From Alcanivorax sp. (GTDB lineage: Bacteria > Pseudomonadota > Gammaproteobacteria > Pseudomonadales > Alcanivoracaceae), in contig NZ_JBEDTY010000039.1 in assembly GCF_040119285.1 (NCBI RefSeq), positions 18,970 through 82,969 on the forward strand: DNA of 64,000 bases. The letters run 5' to 3'. A program made the translations under genes and the position numbers. Below the pieces are notes generated by a model. The model was not told the origin of the DNA. It searched no databases and was given only the letters and a program-made list of their open reading frames with translations. Below, piece by piece: positions 18,472 through 29,677 of this stretch. Each line of letters begins with the position of its first letter. The stretch's first letter is position 1.

Positions 18472-20583
18472 ATGAATGCTTCCTCCAATGAACAAAGTGG
18501 CAACGAGCACAATGTCATCGCCAGCCACGGCGACCTCAGCAATCCGGATTATTATTTGAATCGGGAACTCAGCCTGCTGCAGTTCAACTTGCGCGTGCTG
18601 GAACAAGCCTCGGATGAAAACCATCCATTGATGGAGCGGCTAAATTTTTTGTTGATTTTTTCCAGCAACATGGACGAATTTTTCGAAATTCGCGTAGCGG
18701 GCCTGAAGAACAAACTGGAAACCCATACCGGGCAGCCCGGTCCCGATGGCCTGCTGCCCGAAGAGCTGCTGGAATCCATCAGCGCCATTACGCACGAAGC
18801 GGTAGAGCGCCAGTATCGTATCCTCAATGACGTACTACTCCCTGCCCTGCGTGAAGAAGGTGTGGATTTTCTGCGCCGCGAAGATTGGACCGAAGCCCAA
18901 ATCGAGTGGGTAAAGAAGTATTTTCGCGAGCAGATATATCCGGTTCTCACTCCAATCGCGCTAGACCCTTCGCACCCCTTCCCTCGCTTGGTAAACAAAA
19001 GTCTGAACTTCATCGTACCCTTGGACGGCAAGGATGCGTTCGGTCGCTCCACAGGGCTCGCCATTGTACCCGCACCCCGGTCCCTGCCCAGGCTCATTCG
19101 CATCCCCGATGAAATCAGTGAAAGCGGTGACGATAACTTCGTTTTCCTCTCCTCCATGATCCACGCTCATGTGTCCGACCTGTTTCCAGGCATGAAGGCC
19201 ACCGGCTGTTACCAGTTCCGAGTAACCCGCAATGCGGACATGGAAGTGGACGAAGAAGCAGAGGATTTGGCCAGCGCCCTGAAAGGTCAGCTGCTATCAC
19301 GCCGCTATGGAGACGAAGTGCGCCTGGAAGTAGCCGACAATTGCCCACAGCACCTGATGCACTATCTGCTAGAGCAGTTTGAGCTTACCGAAAAAGACCT
19401 GTACGAAGTAAATGGCCCGGTAAATCTGGCCCGCATGTTCACCAGCGTAAACCGGCCGCGTCTGCACTACCCACCCTTCACCCCCAAATTAGCGCCAGTG
19501 GTGAAAAAGAGCGAAACCATTTTTGATGCCATCGACCAAGGCGATATCCTGCTGCATCACCCCTATGAGTCCTTTCAGCCGGTGATTAACCTGCTGGCCG
19601 AAGCCGCCCGCGATCCCAAAGTGCTAGCCATCAAGCAAACGCTATACCGCACTGGCACCAAGTCAGAAATCCTCGACCATTTGGAAACCGCTGCCCGCAA
19701 TGGCAAAGAAGTCACCGCCATTGTCGAGCTCCGCGCCCGCTTTGATGAAGAGTCCAATATTGAAGGAGCCCGCCGCCTACAGGAAGCCGGCGCCATCGTG
19801 GTCTACGGCGTGGTGGGTTATAAAACCCATGCCAAAATGCTTCTGGTGGTGCGCCGGGATGGTGACGGCATCAAACGGTATGTGCATCTAGGCACCGGCA
19901 ATTACCACACAAAAACGACCAAGCTATACACAGATTATGGCCTGATGACCTGCGAAAAGAGTATGGGCCAGGACGTGCACAAGATATTTCAGGAATTGAC
20001 GGGTATGGGTAAGGCGGCCCGGCTGAAGCAGCTCAAGCATTCGCCGTTCACCCTACACCCCTCGATTATCGAGTGGATCGACTTTGAAACCGCACAAGCC
20101 CAGGCCGGTAAACCTGCACGCATTATTGCCAAGTTCAATTCCCTGACAGAAAAAAATATCATGCAGGCCCTGTACCGGGCCAGCCAAGCGGGCGTGGAAA
20201 TCGACCTAATCATACGGGGCATATGCTGCCTGAGGCCCGGAATTCCTGGCCTGTCGGAGAACATTCGCGTGCGTTCTATTATCGGCCGCTTTCTGGAACA
20301 CACCCGCATCTACCATTTCCACCACGGCGGTGACGAACTGGTGTATTGCTCCAGCGCCGACTGGATGGAGCGCAATCTGTTCAACCGTGTGGAAACGTGT
20401 TTTCCGATCAATGACCCCGCTCTCAAGGCACAGATCTTGGAGCAGGGCCTGCACATCTATCTGCGCGACAACTCTCGCGCCTGGGAGCTGCAGCCAGACG
20501 GCCACTACCAGCGGGTGCAACCACAAAACGGCGAAGAGCATTTCATTGCCCAACAGAGCCTGCTCGATACACTAGGGGGATGA
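18472..20583 (+). CDS. ppk: polyphosphate kinase 1
   Basis: 703 aa with PPK1 layout, including the two PLD-like modules ([21 protein letters not shown]). Confidence 0.95.
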   Translation: MNASSNEQSGNEHNVIASHGDLSNPDYYLNRELSLLQFNLRVLEQASDENHPLMERLNFLLIFSSNMDEFFEIRVAGLKNKLETHTGQPGPDGLLPEELLESISAITHEAVERQYRILNDVLLPALREEGVDFLRREDWTEAQIEWVKKYFREQIYPVLTPIALDPSHPFPRLVNKSLNFIVPLDGKDAFGRSTGLAIVPAPRSLPRLIRIPDEISESGDDNFVFLSSMIHAHVSDLFPGMKATGCYQFRVTRNADMEVDEEAEDLASALKGQLLSRRYGDEVRLEVADNCPQHLMHYLLEQFELTEKDLYEVNGPVNLARMFTSVNRPRLHYPPFTPKLAPVVKKSETIFDAIDQGDILLHHPYESFQPVINLLAEAARDPKVLAIKQTLYRTGTKSEILDHLETAARNGKEVTAIVELRARFDEESNIEGARRLQEAGAIVVYGVVGYKTHAKMLLVVRRDGDGIKRYVHLGTGNYHTKTTKLYTDYGLMTCEKSMGQDVHKIFQELTGMGKAARLKQLKHSPFTLHPSIIEWIDFETAQAQAGKPARIIAKFNSLTEKNIMQALYRASQAGVEIDLIIRGICCLRPGIPGLSENIRVRSIIGRFLEHTRIYHFHHGGDELVYCSSADWMERNLFNRVETCFPINDPALKAQILEQGLHIYLRDNSRAWELQPDGHYQRVQPQNGEEHFIAQQSLLDTLGG

Positions 20584-20601
20584 ACAGCTTCTAACTTTAA
20601 A

Positions 20602-20636
20602 GGGGTTGCGCCGGCTAAAGCGCGCCCCCCATTTTA
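20602..20636 (+). terminator. hairpin terminator between convergent ppk and ppx
   Basis: GC-rich stem ggggttgcgc / gcgcgcccc followed by cattttaa. Confidence 0.45.
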
Positions 20637-20677
20637 AGGCTATTTTCCTCATCGCTAGCGGCTCGCAGCGATTCCTT

Positions 20678-22168
20678 TCACGCCAACACCAGCTGGTACC
20701 CTGCCGCCTGAAAGTAATCGAGTTCCTGCTCCAGGTCCGCTTGGGTAAGCGGGTGCTGCTCCAACCAGCCAACCGGAAAGGTAATGGCAAGACGATTACC
20801 CGTTGCCTGCACGTGAATTTCAGGCACCTTTTCATCACTACGGGCATGGTGCAACCGCACCGCTAAACGCAGTACCAAACATAGTCGCAGCAAGCAGGTT
20901 TGTTCATCCTCCGGCAATTCCGCCAGCGCAGCCAAGGGCACCTTGCGACGATGACCGCGCACCATCAACGCCACCATCTGCTGCTCCTGACGAGAAAAAC
21001 CGGGCAGATCCGAGTTAGTCACCAGATAAGCACCGTGTTTGTGAAACTGGCTATGAGACACCGCCAATCCCACCTCATGGAGCAAACAGCCCCAACGGAG
21101 CGTATCCGCGGCCTCGGCTCCCTCGATCTGCCAATCACTGGCTACCTGCTGGTATAACGTCTGGGCTGTGGCACACACTCGCTCTGCTTGGCTGCTTTCC
21201 ACATGATGGCGATTCATCAGCGCTTGAATACTGCGATCACGCACATCCTCGTGACCAAAGCGCCCCAGTAAGTCGTACAGTAACCCTTCACGTAAAGCGC
21301 CACTGGAAACATCCATTTGTTCAATGCCTAACTGCTCGAAAATGCCGTACAAAATGGCCAGACCAGAAGCAAAAATAGGCTGTCGATCCTCACGTAACCC
21401 CTTCAATCCCAGCTTGTCTGCGGCACCAGCTTTAATCACCCGTTTACGGGCTTTTTTCATCCCTTCCATGCTAATGCCGAATTCCGACCAACCGTTCTCC
21501 ACACACACAAGACTGATTGCCTTGATCGTGCCCGAGGCCCCCACCACCTGCTGCCAGCCAAGGCGCTGATAATTGGCATGGATTGATAACACTTCCTGGC
21601 GTGCCGCCGTCACCGCCCGATCAAAGGCTTTTTCCGTGATCTCGCCATTGGGGAAAAAACGCTGGGCAAAGCTAACACAGCCCATATGCAACGACTCGGT
21701 TTCCGTGGATTCAAACCGCTCACCAATGATCAGCTCAGTGGAACCACCGCCAATATCCACCACCAGCCGCTGCCCAGCGTCATCAGCCAAGGTGTGGGCC
21801 ACCCCCAGGTAAATCAGCCGCGCTTCCTCTCGTCCGGCTACCACCTCAATATCGTGGCCCAACACGGCTTCCGCGCGGCGGATAAAATCCCGGGCATTAC
21901 GGGCTTGGCGCAGGGTATTGGTCCCCACCACCCGCACGCTACCGCGTGGAATTCCGGCAATCCGTTGGGCAAACCGGCCAAGGCACTCCAGCGCCCTCTC
22001 CACTGTTTCCTCATCCAAGCGATTTTCCCGGTCTAGGCCGGCCCCCAATTGCACCTTCTCCGACAATCCGTCGAGAATCTGGATTTCTCCCTGCGCCTGC
22101 CGGGCTACCACCATGTGAAAACTGTTCGAGCCCAAATCAATGGCAGCCAAATGTTCGCCATGCTCCAT
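20678..22168 (-). CDS. ppx: exopolyphosphatase (Ppx/GppA family)
   Basis: ORF 20678..22201 trimmed to ATG 22168 (GGAG 6 nt upstream; MEHGEHLAAIDLGSNSFHM). Has the ASKHA phosphate loops AIDLGSNSF and VDIGGGSTE. Confidence 0.9.
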   Translation of the reverse strand: MEHGEHLAAIDLGSNSFHMVVARQAQGEIQILDGLSEKVQLGAGLDRENRLDEETVERALECLGRFAQRIAGIPRGSVRVVGTNTLRQARNARDFIRRAEAVLGHDIEVVAGREEARLIYLGVAHTLADDAGQRLVVDIGGGSTELIIGERFESTETESLHMGCVSFAQRFFPNGEITEKAFDRAVTAARQEVLSIHANYQRLGWQQVVGASGTIKAISLVCVENGWSEFGISMEGMKKARKRVIKAGAADKLGLKGLREDRQPIFASGLAILYGIFEQLGIEQMDVSSGALREGLLYDLLGRFGHEDVRDRSIQALMNRHHVESSQAERVCATAQTLYQQVASDWQIEGAEAADTLRWGCLLHEVGLAVSHSQFHKHGAYLVTNSDLPGFSRQEQQMVALMVRGHRRKVPLAALAELPEDEQTCLLRLCLVLRLAVRLHHARSDEKVPEIHVQATGNRLAITFPVGWLEQHPLTQADLEQELDYFQAAGYQLVLA

Positions 22169-22355
22169 ATTCACTCCTTCTTTTGGGCCGATTCTATCCA
22201 AAAATCATGGCGTTACGATGTCATAGGCAGCAACTACAGCGATAATTAACCACCTCGCTTGAAATTCATCACCCGCAACCTGATATTATTCACCATCACA
22301 GAGGCCACTAAGCAACCGTGACGGGTCTTTGAAACCTTTATATCAGGAGAATTCA

Positions 22356-22682
22356 ATGAGCGGCGAGATTATTAACGTGACCGACGCAGACTTCGAAGCC
22401 AAGGTCATCAACGCAGACGGCCCCGTGCTGGTCGATTACTGGGCGCCTTGGTGTGGCCCCTGCAAAATGGTCGCGCCGATCCTTGAGCAACTGGCCAGCG
22501 ACTACGGCGACAAACTGACCATTGCCAAAATCAATATCGATGACAATCCTGAGACACCGAAAAAATACGGTGTGCGGGGCATCCCCACCCTGACCGTATT
22601 TAAAAACGGCAACGTGGAAGCCACTAAAGTCGGCGCCCTGTCCAAAAGCCAGCTGACTGCATTCTTGGACAGCACACTGTAA
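22356..22682 (+). CDS. trxA: thioredoxin
   Basis: ORF trimmed to ATG 22356 ([13 protein letters not shown]...), 108 aa. Active site WAPWCGPCK. Confidence 0.95.
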   Translation: MSGEIINVTDADFEAKVINADGPVLVDYWAPWCGPCKMVAPILEQLASDYGDKLTIAKINIDDNPETPKKYGVRGIPTLTVFKNGNVEATKVGALSKSQLTAFLDSTL

Positions 22683-22703
22683 CCCAAGCGCAAGCCATTC
22701 CGG

Positions 22704-22735
22704 CCCTCCCCAGCCGCACCACGGGGAGGGTTTTG
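22704..22735 (+). terminator. rho-independent terminator after trxA
   Basis: Stem ccctcccc / ggggaggg followed by TTTT. Confidence 0.7.
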
Positions 22736-22976
22736 CTGCTCGCCACGAGTTACAACTTGTTTGTTGCAAGCTGCCCCACACAGTGATAGATTCCAGAACC
22801 AGCTTTAACAAAGCACCTCCTTTAGTTAGTCCTCGGAACCTCTGGTTACCTATTTTCCTTATGGCCCCCTTTAGGCTTGCCGGGCCAGATTCCGAATAAA
22901 CCGGATTATCAAAACAACTGCAGCACTGCGGTGGTGCGTCCTCTTAATTCATTCAAAGACATCAAATTAGACGCCA

Positions 22977-24236
22977 ATGAATCTTTCTGAACTGAAGCAG
23001 AAGCCGATTGGAGAACTTCTGGACATTGCCAAGGAACTCGGCCTTGAGAACCTGGCAAGAACCCGCAAACAAGACGTTATCTTTTCCATCCTTAAACGCG
23101 CTGCCAAAAATGGCTCCGACATTTACGGCGATGGCGTGCTGGAAATCCTGCAGGATGGTTTCGGTTTCCTTCGTTCCGCTGAGGGCTCCTACCTGGCCGG
23201 CCCGGACGACATCTATGTCTCGCCCAGCCAGATCCGTCGCTTCAATTTACGTACCGGCGACACCATCGCCGGGAAAATCCGGCCCCCCAAGGATGGCGAG
23301 CGTTACTTCGCCATGCTCAAGGTCAACGAGATCAACTTTGACCGCCCGGAAAACGCCAAGAACAAGATCCTTTTCGAAAACCTGACCCCGCTATTCCCGA
23401 CCCAGCGACTGGTTATGGAAGTCGGCAACGGCTCCACCGAAGACATTACCACTCGGGTAATCGATCTGGTGGCACCCATCGGTAAAGGGCAGCGCGGCCT
23501 GATCGTCGCTCCGCCAAAAGCCGGTAAAACCATGTTGCTGCAAAGCGTGGCCCAGTCCATTGCCCGCAACAATCCCGAAACCCACATGATCGTGCTGCTC
23601 ATCGACGAGCGCCCGGAAGAAGTGACAGAGATGTCCCGGACCGTGCGCGGTGAAGTGGTGGCTTCCACCTTTGATGAGCCACCCGCGCGCCACGTTCAGG
23701 TGGCCGAAATGGTGATTGAAAAAGCCAAGCGGCTGGTCGAGCACAAGCAGGACGTAGTGATCTTGCTCGATTCCATCACCCGCCTGGCGCGCGCCTACAA
23801 CACCGTGCAGCCCAGCTCAGGCAAAGTACTCACCGGTGGTGTTGATGCCCACGCCCTGGAAAAGCCCAAGCGCTTTTTCGGTGCCGCGCGGAACATCGAG
23901 GAAGGAGGTAGCCTGACCATCCTCGCCACCGCTCTGGTCGACACCGGTTCCAAAATGGACGAAGTGATCTACGAGGAATTCAAAGGCACCGGCAACATGG
24001 AACTGCATCTGGACCGCAAGGTGGCAGAGAAGCGTGTGTTCCCAGCCATGAATATCCGCAAATCCGGCACCCGTCGTGAAGAACGTCTGGTGAGCGAAGA
24101 CGAACTGCAGAAGATGTGGATCCTGCGCAAGGTGCTGCACCCCATGGACGAAATTGGCGCCATGGAATTCCTCATCGACCGCATGAAGCAGACCAAAACC
24201 AATCTGGAATTCTTCGATTCCATGAAGCGCAAGTAG
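22977..24236 (+). CDS. rho: transcription termination factor Rho
   Basis: 419 aa with the RNA-binding motif GFGFLR, Walker [13 protein letters not shown], and the Q and R loops. Preceded by a 240-nt untranslated leader. Confidence 0.97.
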   Translation: MNLSELKQKPIGELLDIAKELGLENLARTRKQDVIFSILKRAAKNGSDIYGDGVLEILQDGFGFLRSAEGSYLAGPDDIYVSPSQIRRFNLRTGDTIAGKIRPPKDGERYFAMLKVNEINFDRPENAKNKILFENLTPLFPTQRLVMEVGNGSTEDITTRVIDLVAPIGKGQRGLIVAPPKAGKTMLLQSVAQSIARNNPETHMIVLLIDERPEEVTEMSRTVRGEVVASTFDEPPARHVQVAEMVIEKAKRLVEHKQDVVILLDSITRLARAYNTVQPSSGKVLTGGVDAHALEKPKRFFGAARNIEEGGSLTILATALVDTGSKMDEVIYEEFKGTGNMELHLDRKVAEKRVFPAMNIRKSGTRREERLVSEDELQKMWILRKVLHPMDEIGAMEFLIDRMKQTKTNLEFFDSMKRK

Positions 24237-24280
24237 CCTCAAAACCAGGGCCCTCCGCACGCTTCAGGTAACAGGCAAAA

Positions 24281-24308
24281 ACCCCGCTTCGCCGGGGTTT
24301 TGTCGTTT
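24281..24308 (+). terminator. rho-independent terminator after rho
   Basis: Stem accccg / cggggt with loop cttcgc, followed by tttgtcgttt. Confidence 0.75.
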
Positions 24309-24435
24309 GGGGCTCTGCCGCTAGCCCCTTAGGTTGTGGGTTTTTTGCTTCGTATCTCTGCCCCCCAGTGTTCGCCGCCCTTACTGTTATACTCGCCACA
24401 CAACCCGCTCGGTTACCGAATTAACAAGGAACGCC

Positions 24436-25911
24436 ATGAAATACCGCGATCTTCGAGACTTCATTAGCCAACTGGAACAGCTGGGCGAGCTTAAACGCAT
24501 CACTGCGCCGGTGGATCCCAAACTGGAAATGACGGAAATTTGTGACCGCACTCTGCGAGCCGGCGGGCCAGCCTTGCTGTTCGAAAACCCGGTGGGGTTT
24601 GGCACTCCGGTGCTGGGCAACCTGTTCGGCACTGAACGGCGGGTGGCACTGGGCATGGGCCGTGACTCGGTGGCAGAGCTTCGCGAGCTGGGGGAGCTGC
24701 TGGCGTTTCTCAAGGAGCCGGAGCCGCCCAAGGGTTTCCGTGATGCCTGGGAAAAACTGCCGGTATTTCGCAAGGTCCTGAGCATGAGCCCCAAGGTGTC
24801 CAGCTCCGGCCCCTGCCAGGAAAAGGTGCTGGAAGGCGACGAGGTGGACCTGTACAAACTGCCCATACAGACCTGCTGGCCTGATGATGCCGGCCCCCTG
24901 GTGACCTGGCCGCTAGTCATCACCCGCGGCCCTAACAAGGAACGTCAGAATCTGGGGATTTACCGCCAACAACTGATCGGCCGCAACAAGCTGATCATGC
25001 GCTGGCTGAGCCACCGGGGCGGAGCACTGGATTTCCAGGAATGGCAACAGCAACATCCTGGCGAACCGTTCCCGGTGAGCGTGGCACTGGGCGCCGACCC
25101 GGCCACGATTCTGGGCGCCGTGACCCCGGTGCCGGATACCCTCAGCGAATACGCCTTTGCCGGTTTGCTGCGCGGCTCCAAGACCGAGCTGGTGAAATGC
25201 CTCGGCAATGACCTGCAAGTGCCCGCCAGCGCCGAATTCGTTTTGGAAGGCTACCTTTACCCGGACGACATGGCTGACGAAGGCCCCTTCGGCGACCACA
25301 CCGGCTATTACAATGAAGTGGAGCGTTTCCCGGTATTCACCGTGGAGCGCATCACTCACCGCCGCAACCCGATTTATCACAGCACCTATACGGGCCGGCC
25401 GCCGGACGAACCCGCGGTACTCGGCGTGGCCATGAATGAAATCTTCGTGCCCATCCTGAAAAAGCAGTTTCCCGAGATCGTCGACTTTTACCTGCCGCCG
25501 GAAGGCTGCTCCTACCGCATGGCCGTGGTCACCATGAAGAAGCAGTACCCCGGCCACGCCAAGCGCGTGATGATGGGTGTTTGGTCATTCCTGCGTCAGT
25601 TCATGTACACCAAGTTCGTGATCGTCTGCGACGACGACGTGAATGCCCGTGACTGGAAAGATGTGATCTGGGCCATGACCACCCGCATGGACCCGGCCCG
25701 CGATACCGTGATGATCGAAAACACGCCCATTGATTATCTGGATTTCGCCTCTCCAGTGGCCGGCCTTGGTTCCAAAATGGGAATGGATGCCACGAACAAG
25801 TGGGCAGGCGAAACCACCCGCGAGTGGGGCCGCGCCATCGCCATGGATTCCGCTGTAAAAACCCGGGTGGATGAAATGTGGTCCTCACTGGGCATCGACA
25901 CCCCGGAATAA
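24436..25911 (+). CDS. ubiD: 4-hydroxy-3-polyprenylbenzoate decarboxylase (UbiD)
   Basis: ORF 24334..25911 trimmed to ATG 24436 ([22 protein letters not shown]). Has UbiD-family motifs, including [10 protein letters not shown]. Confidence 0.93.
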   Translation: MKYRDLRDFISQLEQLGELKRITAPVDPKLEMTEICDRTLRAGGPALLFENPVGFGTPVLGNLFGTERRVALGMGRDSVAELRELGELLAFLKEPEPPKGFRDAWEKLPVFRKVLSMSPKVSSSGPCQEKVLEGDEVDLYKLPIQTCWPDDAGPLVTWPLVITRGPNKERQNLGIYRQQLIGRNKLIMRWLSHRGGALDFQEWQQQHPGEPFPVSVALGADPATILGAVTPVPDTLSEYAFAGLLRGSKTELVKCLGNDLQVPASAEFVLEGYLYPDDMADEGPFGDHTGYYNEVERFPVFTVERITHRRNPIYHSTYTGRPPDEPAVLGVAMNEIFVPILKKQFPEIVDFYLPPEGCSYRMAVVTMKKQYPGHAKRVMMGVWSFLRQFMYTKFVIVCDDDVNARDWKDVIWAMTTRMDPARDTVMIENTPIDYLDFASPVAGLGSKMGMDATNKWAGETTREWGRAIAMDSAVKTRVDEMWSSLGIDTPE

Positions 25912-25998
25912 TCCTAGAATGGGCGCCGGCTCACAGAGCAGGGTGGCGCCCAAATTCCAGCGTGGTACGATCGTACGAAAAATACAACAAGGTCGCCC

Positions 25999-27357
25999 AT
26001 GCCTGCTTTTTCGTCACTGAACCGCCGTGCTTTTTTGAAATCCCTGGCCGCCACTGGCGCTCTAGGCTCAATGAGCCCTAGCCAACTGCTCGCCGACACG
26101 AGCAAAGCCGCCACCTGGCAAAATTGGTCAGGGAATCAGCAAGCCAAGCCAAGCCAGTTACTGTTCCCCCGTAACCAGGACGAACTGCGCGATGCGGTTA
26201 CGCCTGGCACCGGTACCCTGCGCGCCTTTGGTGGCAGCCACTCATTCAGTGCGGTGGCCCCCTCTAACGACACCATGATTTCGCTTGAAGCCATGGGGGG
26301 ACTACGCCACCAAAATGAAGACCTGTTTACCTGGGGCGGCGGCACCCGGCTGGCCATGGCCAGCGCCCAGGCCCATAGCCTGGGCTACAGTTTCAGCAAT
26401 GAACCGGACATTAATTTGCAGTCCCTTGCCGGGGCCATTGCCACCAGCACTCACGGAACCGGCACCGGCCTTACCAGCATGTCCGGGCAAGTGGATGCTA
26501 TTCGCCTGATGCTGCCCAGTGGCGAACTACTGGAATTAAACGCCGATGGCGGGGATCACTTCCTTGCCGCCTGCTGTAACGTCGGCGCACTGGGTATTGT
26601 CTCAGATATCACTTTGCGCCATCAGCCAGCCTATCGACTCAAGGAGCGAACCTGGACTCTGCCCCTTCGTGAGGCCATGGATTATGTGCAGAAGGAGAAA
26701 GACAACTACCGCCATATTGAAATCTTCCCCTTCCCGCTCGGCAAGCAGGCCATCGTCAAAACATTGGAAATCACCGACGACCCGAAGAATGGCCCGCCGC
26801 GCCAGGATGAAAATGACATCCTGGAAATCGCCTGCAAACTGGCCATGCATGCCGGCTGGCTGACCCCAACCTTGCAAACGCTCGCCACGAAATTTGTCGA
26901 AGAAGCCACCTTCACCGGGCCGTCCCACAAGGTGTTTGCCAACCATCGCACCGTACGTTTCAACGAGATGGAATACAGCGTGCCTGCTGAAGACGGCATG
27001 GCTTGCCTGGAAGAAGTGTGCGACGCCATTCGTCAGCATGACATCAATGTTTTCTTTCCCATTGAATTTCGCTTTGTGGCCGCCGACAACAACCTGCTAT
27101 CCATGTTCTATCAGCAACCCAGCGCCAGCCTGTCTATACACCAATACTACGAACAGGACTATCAGCCCCTCTTCGGTGTGGTTGAACCTATTCTGCGCCG
27201 CTACGCCGGACGCCCCCACTGGGGCAAAATTCACAGCCTGGAACGCGAAGAATTGACGGAGTTGTACCCCGCTTTTGAGCGCTTTCAAGCGGTACGTCGT
27301 GAGCTGGACCCACAAGGACGCATGCTGAATGACCATCTCAAGACGCTGTTTACGTAG
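25999..27357 (+). CDS. Tat-signal FAD-binding oxidase, D-arabinono-1,4-lactone / L-gulonolactone oxidase-like
   Basis: 452 aa. Has a twin-arginine signal SLNRRAFLKSLAATGALG, a VAO-type FAD domain (FGGSHSFS) and the C-terminal ALO-type motif GRPHWGK. Confidence 0.8.
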   Translation: MPAFSSLNRRAFLKSLAATGALGSMSPSQLLADTSKAATWQNWSGNQQAKPSQLLFPRNQDELRDAVTPGTGTLRAFGGSHSFSAVAPSNDTMISLEAMGGLRHQNEDLFTWGGGTRLAMASAQAHSLGYSFSNEPDINLQSLAGAIATSTHGTGTGLTSMSGQVDAIRLMLPSGELLELNADGGDHFLAACCNVGALGIVSDITLRHQPAYRLKERTWTLPLREAMDYVQKEKDNYRHIEIFPFPLGKQAIVKTLEITDDPKNGPPRQDENDILEIACKLAMHAGWLTPTLQTLATKFVEEATFTGPSHKVFANHRTVRFNEMEYSVPAEDGMACLEEVCDAIRQHDINVFFPIEFRFVAADNNLLSMFYQQPSASLSIHQYYEQDYQPLFGVVEPILRRYAGRPHWGKIHSLEREELTELYPAFERFQAVRRELDPQGRMLNDHLKTLFT

Positions 27358-27405
27358 TGCGAGGTTTGCCTGCACCGTCTTCATTGATAGCAAAAGGGGG
27401 CGTTT

Positions 27406-28701
27406 ATGAAACGCCGTGGACTTCTAATCGCGATGGCCACCCTGGCCGCCAGTGGCTGGCTGCTAAGGCCGAGCAATCAGGGCCAACCCCACGGCGATTA
27501 CTTTCAAACCATCAACGACTACCTGCGTCGCGTCGGACCGGGCCGCCCCTTGATGCTCATCGATCGCCAACGACTGGCCGCCAACTGCAAGACACTGATG
27601 AGCATGATGCCCCGCCACTGCCAGCTTCGCATCGTGGCCAAATCCCTACCCAGCGTCCCCCTTATTCAGGAAGTAATGACCCACACCGGCAGCCGGCGGA
27701 TAATGGTATTCCATCAACCTTTTATGAACGCTCTGGCCGATGCCGAACCCGACTGTGACATGCTACTGGGTAAACCCATGCCGATTCGGGCAGCACGACG
27801 TTTCTATTCTGAGTTGAGCCACAATGAACAGAGCCATCCCAGCCCGTTCAAACCGGACCAACAACTGCAGTGGCTGATTGATTCCTCCACTCGCCTAGAG
27901 CAATACCTGAGCCTTGCCCGCGAGCAGCAACGACGTCTCAACATCAACATTGAAATCGATGTGGGCCTGCACCGGGGCGGGCTTACCGACCCCCAGCAAC
28001 TGGACGCCATGATCGCGCTGATTGAGGCCCACCCCGAGCAGCTACGCTTTAGTGGCTTCATGGGCTACGACGCTCACGTGGGTAGACTACCCGGTTTTGT
28101 ACAGAGCGCAGAAGAAGGCCACCGGGAAACGGAGGCCCTCTACCACCAGTATATCCACAGGTTGTACCGACTGAATCCGACCTATCGAAAACAAGACCTG
28201 TGCTTTAACGGTGCCGGCAGCCCAACGCTGGCGCTCTATGACGACAGCACCGTGGTCAACGAACTCAGTGCCGGCTCCTGCCTGGTCAAGGCCAGCGACT
28301 TTGATTTGCCACTACTGCAACGCTTCCAACCCGCGGCCTTTATTGCCGCCCCGGTGATCAAGCAACTGAATGGCCTCCCCCTGCCCGGCCCACTACCACT
28401 GGGCGAACTCTGGCAAAGCTGGGACACCAATCGCCGGCAAAGCTATTTTATTTACGGCGGTTACTGGAAAGCCGAACCGATTTCTCCGCCTGGCATCCAG
28501 GCCAACCCGCTATACGGCGCCAGCAGTAACCAGATGATGTACAACGCCAGCGAAGACACCGCACTAGAGGTCGACGATCTATTATTCCTCCGCCCCACAC
28601 AAAGCGAATTTGTATTGCTGCAATTCGGAGACTTGGCGGTATGGGAAAACGGCGCCGTTAGCGACTGGTGGCCCCCGCTTCCCCAAGCCAACGGGGCCTG
28701 A
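27406..28701 (+). CDS. alanine-racemase-fold (DSD1-like) PLP-dependent enzyme with N-terminal signal or anchor
   Basis: 431 aa. The N-terminus MKRRGLLIAMATLAASGWLL is followed by a TIM-barrel-like region with a candidate PLP lysine (LRIVAKSLPS). The family call is from overall resemblance only. Confidence 0.55.
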   Translation: MKRRGLLIAMATLAASGWLLRPSNQGQPHGDYFQTINDYLRRVGPGRPLMLIDRQRLAANCKTLMSMMPRHCQLRIVAKSLPSVPLIQEVMTHTGSRRIMVFHQPFMNALADAEPDCDMLLGKPMPIRAARRFYSELSHNEQSHPSPFKPDQQLQWLIDSSTRLEQYLSLAREQQRRLNINIEIDVGLHRGGLTDPQQLDAMIALIEAHPEQLRFSGFMGYDAHVGRLPGFVQSAEEGHRETEALYHQYIHRLYRLNPTYRKQDLCFNGAGSPTLALYDDSTVVNELSAGSCLVKASDFDLPLLQRFQPAAFIAAPVIKQLNGLPLPGPLPLGELWQSWDTNRRQSYFIYGGYWKAEPISPPGIQANPLYGASSNQMMYNASEDTALEVDDLLFLRPTQSEFVLLQFGDLAVWENGAVSDWWPPLPQANGA

Positions 28702-28983
28702 GCCCTGGCCGGTTTCCACACGGCAAAGTGAACAAGAACAGCTGAAGGGCGAGATAGCCACCTTCGCGCCACAGCCTCCAGTAGGGGCCACAAGAATAGC
28801 CAACGCCCGCGACAGACGGCCGTTAAGAAACCACACCCCAGCCTTGCCTGCCCAGGTATTCGTCCACGTTTAATGGCTACCTATGGCCCATAGCGTATTT
28901 AACTTAACTTTTACAAAAGCCGGGAACGTTCCGCCCTTATTAGCCACTAAACTTGTGATACATCATACCAAGGAGGATGACTC

Positions 28984-29349
28984 ATGAAAAAATTGATTCT
29001 TGCATCAATACTGTTGGGCGCCACCGCCACCGTTACCGCTGGCGATATCATTACCACTGACAGCGCGGCGATCACTCAGGGCATCAAGGAAGGCACTGAG
29101 GTACGCATGGACGGTGAAGTGGTTCAGGCACTCGGTGATGAGCGTTATTTGCTGCGCGACATCAAAGGCCAAGTCGAGATCGAGTTAGATGAAGATCTCA
29201 CTGCAGAGCGTCCGATGAAAGCCGGCACCCGACTTTCCTTTACCGGCGAAGTGGACCACGACGATGGTCGCAGCATTGTAAAGGTAACCAAGGTTCATTC
29301 TGTAAAAGGTGCGCCTGACAGCGCCCCAACCGCAACGATCAGTAATTAA
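28984..29349 (+). CDS. YgiW/YdeI-family periplasmic OB-fold (BOF) protein
   Basis: 121 aa with signal peptide MKKLILASILLGATATVTA. The core GEVVQALGDERYLLRDIKGQVEIELDED resembles the YgiW BOF motif. Strong SD (AAGGAGG). Confidence 0.65.
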   Translation: MKKLILASILLGATATVTAGDIITTDSAAITQGIKEGTEVRMDGEVVQALGDERYLLRDIKGQVEIELDEDLTAERPMKAGTRLSFTGEVDHDDGRSIVKVTKVHSVKGAPDSAPTATISN

Positions 29350-29376
29350 TACCTGATCCACTGCTCCAACCTTGTT

Positions 29377-29406
29377 AACGGCGACCTACGGGTCGCCGTT
29401 TCTATT
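29377..29406 (+). terminator. rho-independent terminator after the ygiW-like gene
   Basis: Perfect 10-bp stem aacggcgacc / ggtcgccgtt with loop tacg, followed by tctatt. Confidence 0.65.
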
Positions 29407-29587
29407 ACACCTTTTTATCTCGCTCCAACCCCCTCCTGCGCCTTTAACCGCCAGCCCGGCAGCCCACATGGCCACGCTTAGTCACAACTAGAGAGCTGGT
29501 CCCGAGTGTCTGGCAAGGTGAAGGTGGGCGCCGTTCTGTCAAACGTGCATCCCTATCCAGCTTCCAAGATGGCGTCTGTCGCGCAAT

Positions 29588-29630
29588 AGCAAAACGGCAT
29601 GGCAAATTACTTCACCATGCCGTTTTATTT
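29588..29630 (-). terminator. rho-independent terminator of the minus-strand TonB-dependent receptor
   Basis: 12-bp stem aaaacggcatgg / ccatgccgtttt. On the minus strand the hairpin is followed by ttttgctatt. Lies about 50 nt past the stop at 29678. Confidence 0.7.
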
Positions 29631-29677
29631 TCACTCCCATACTGCACTTGAGTGCAGCCCAGTTTCCAAGACATTAC

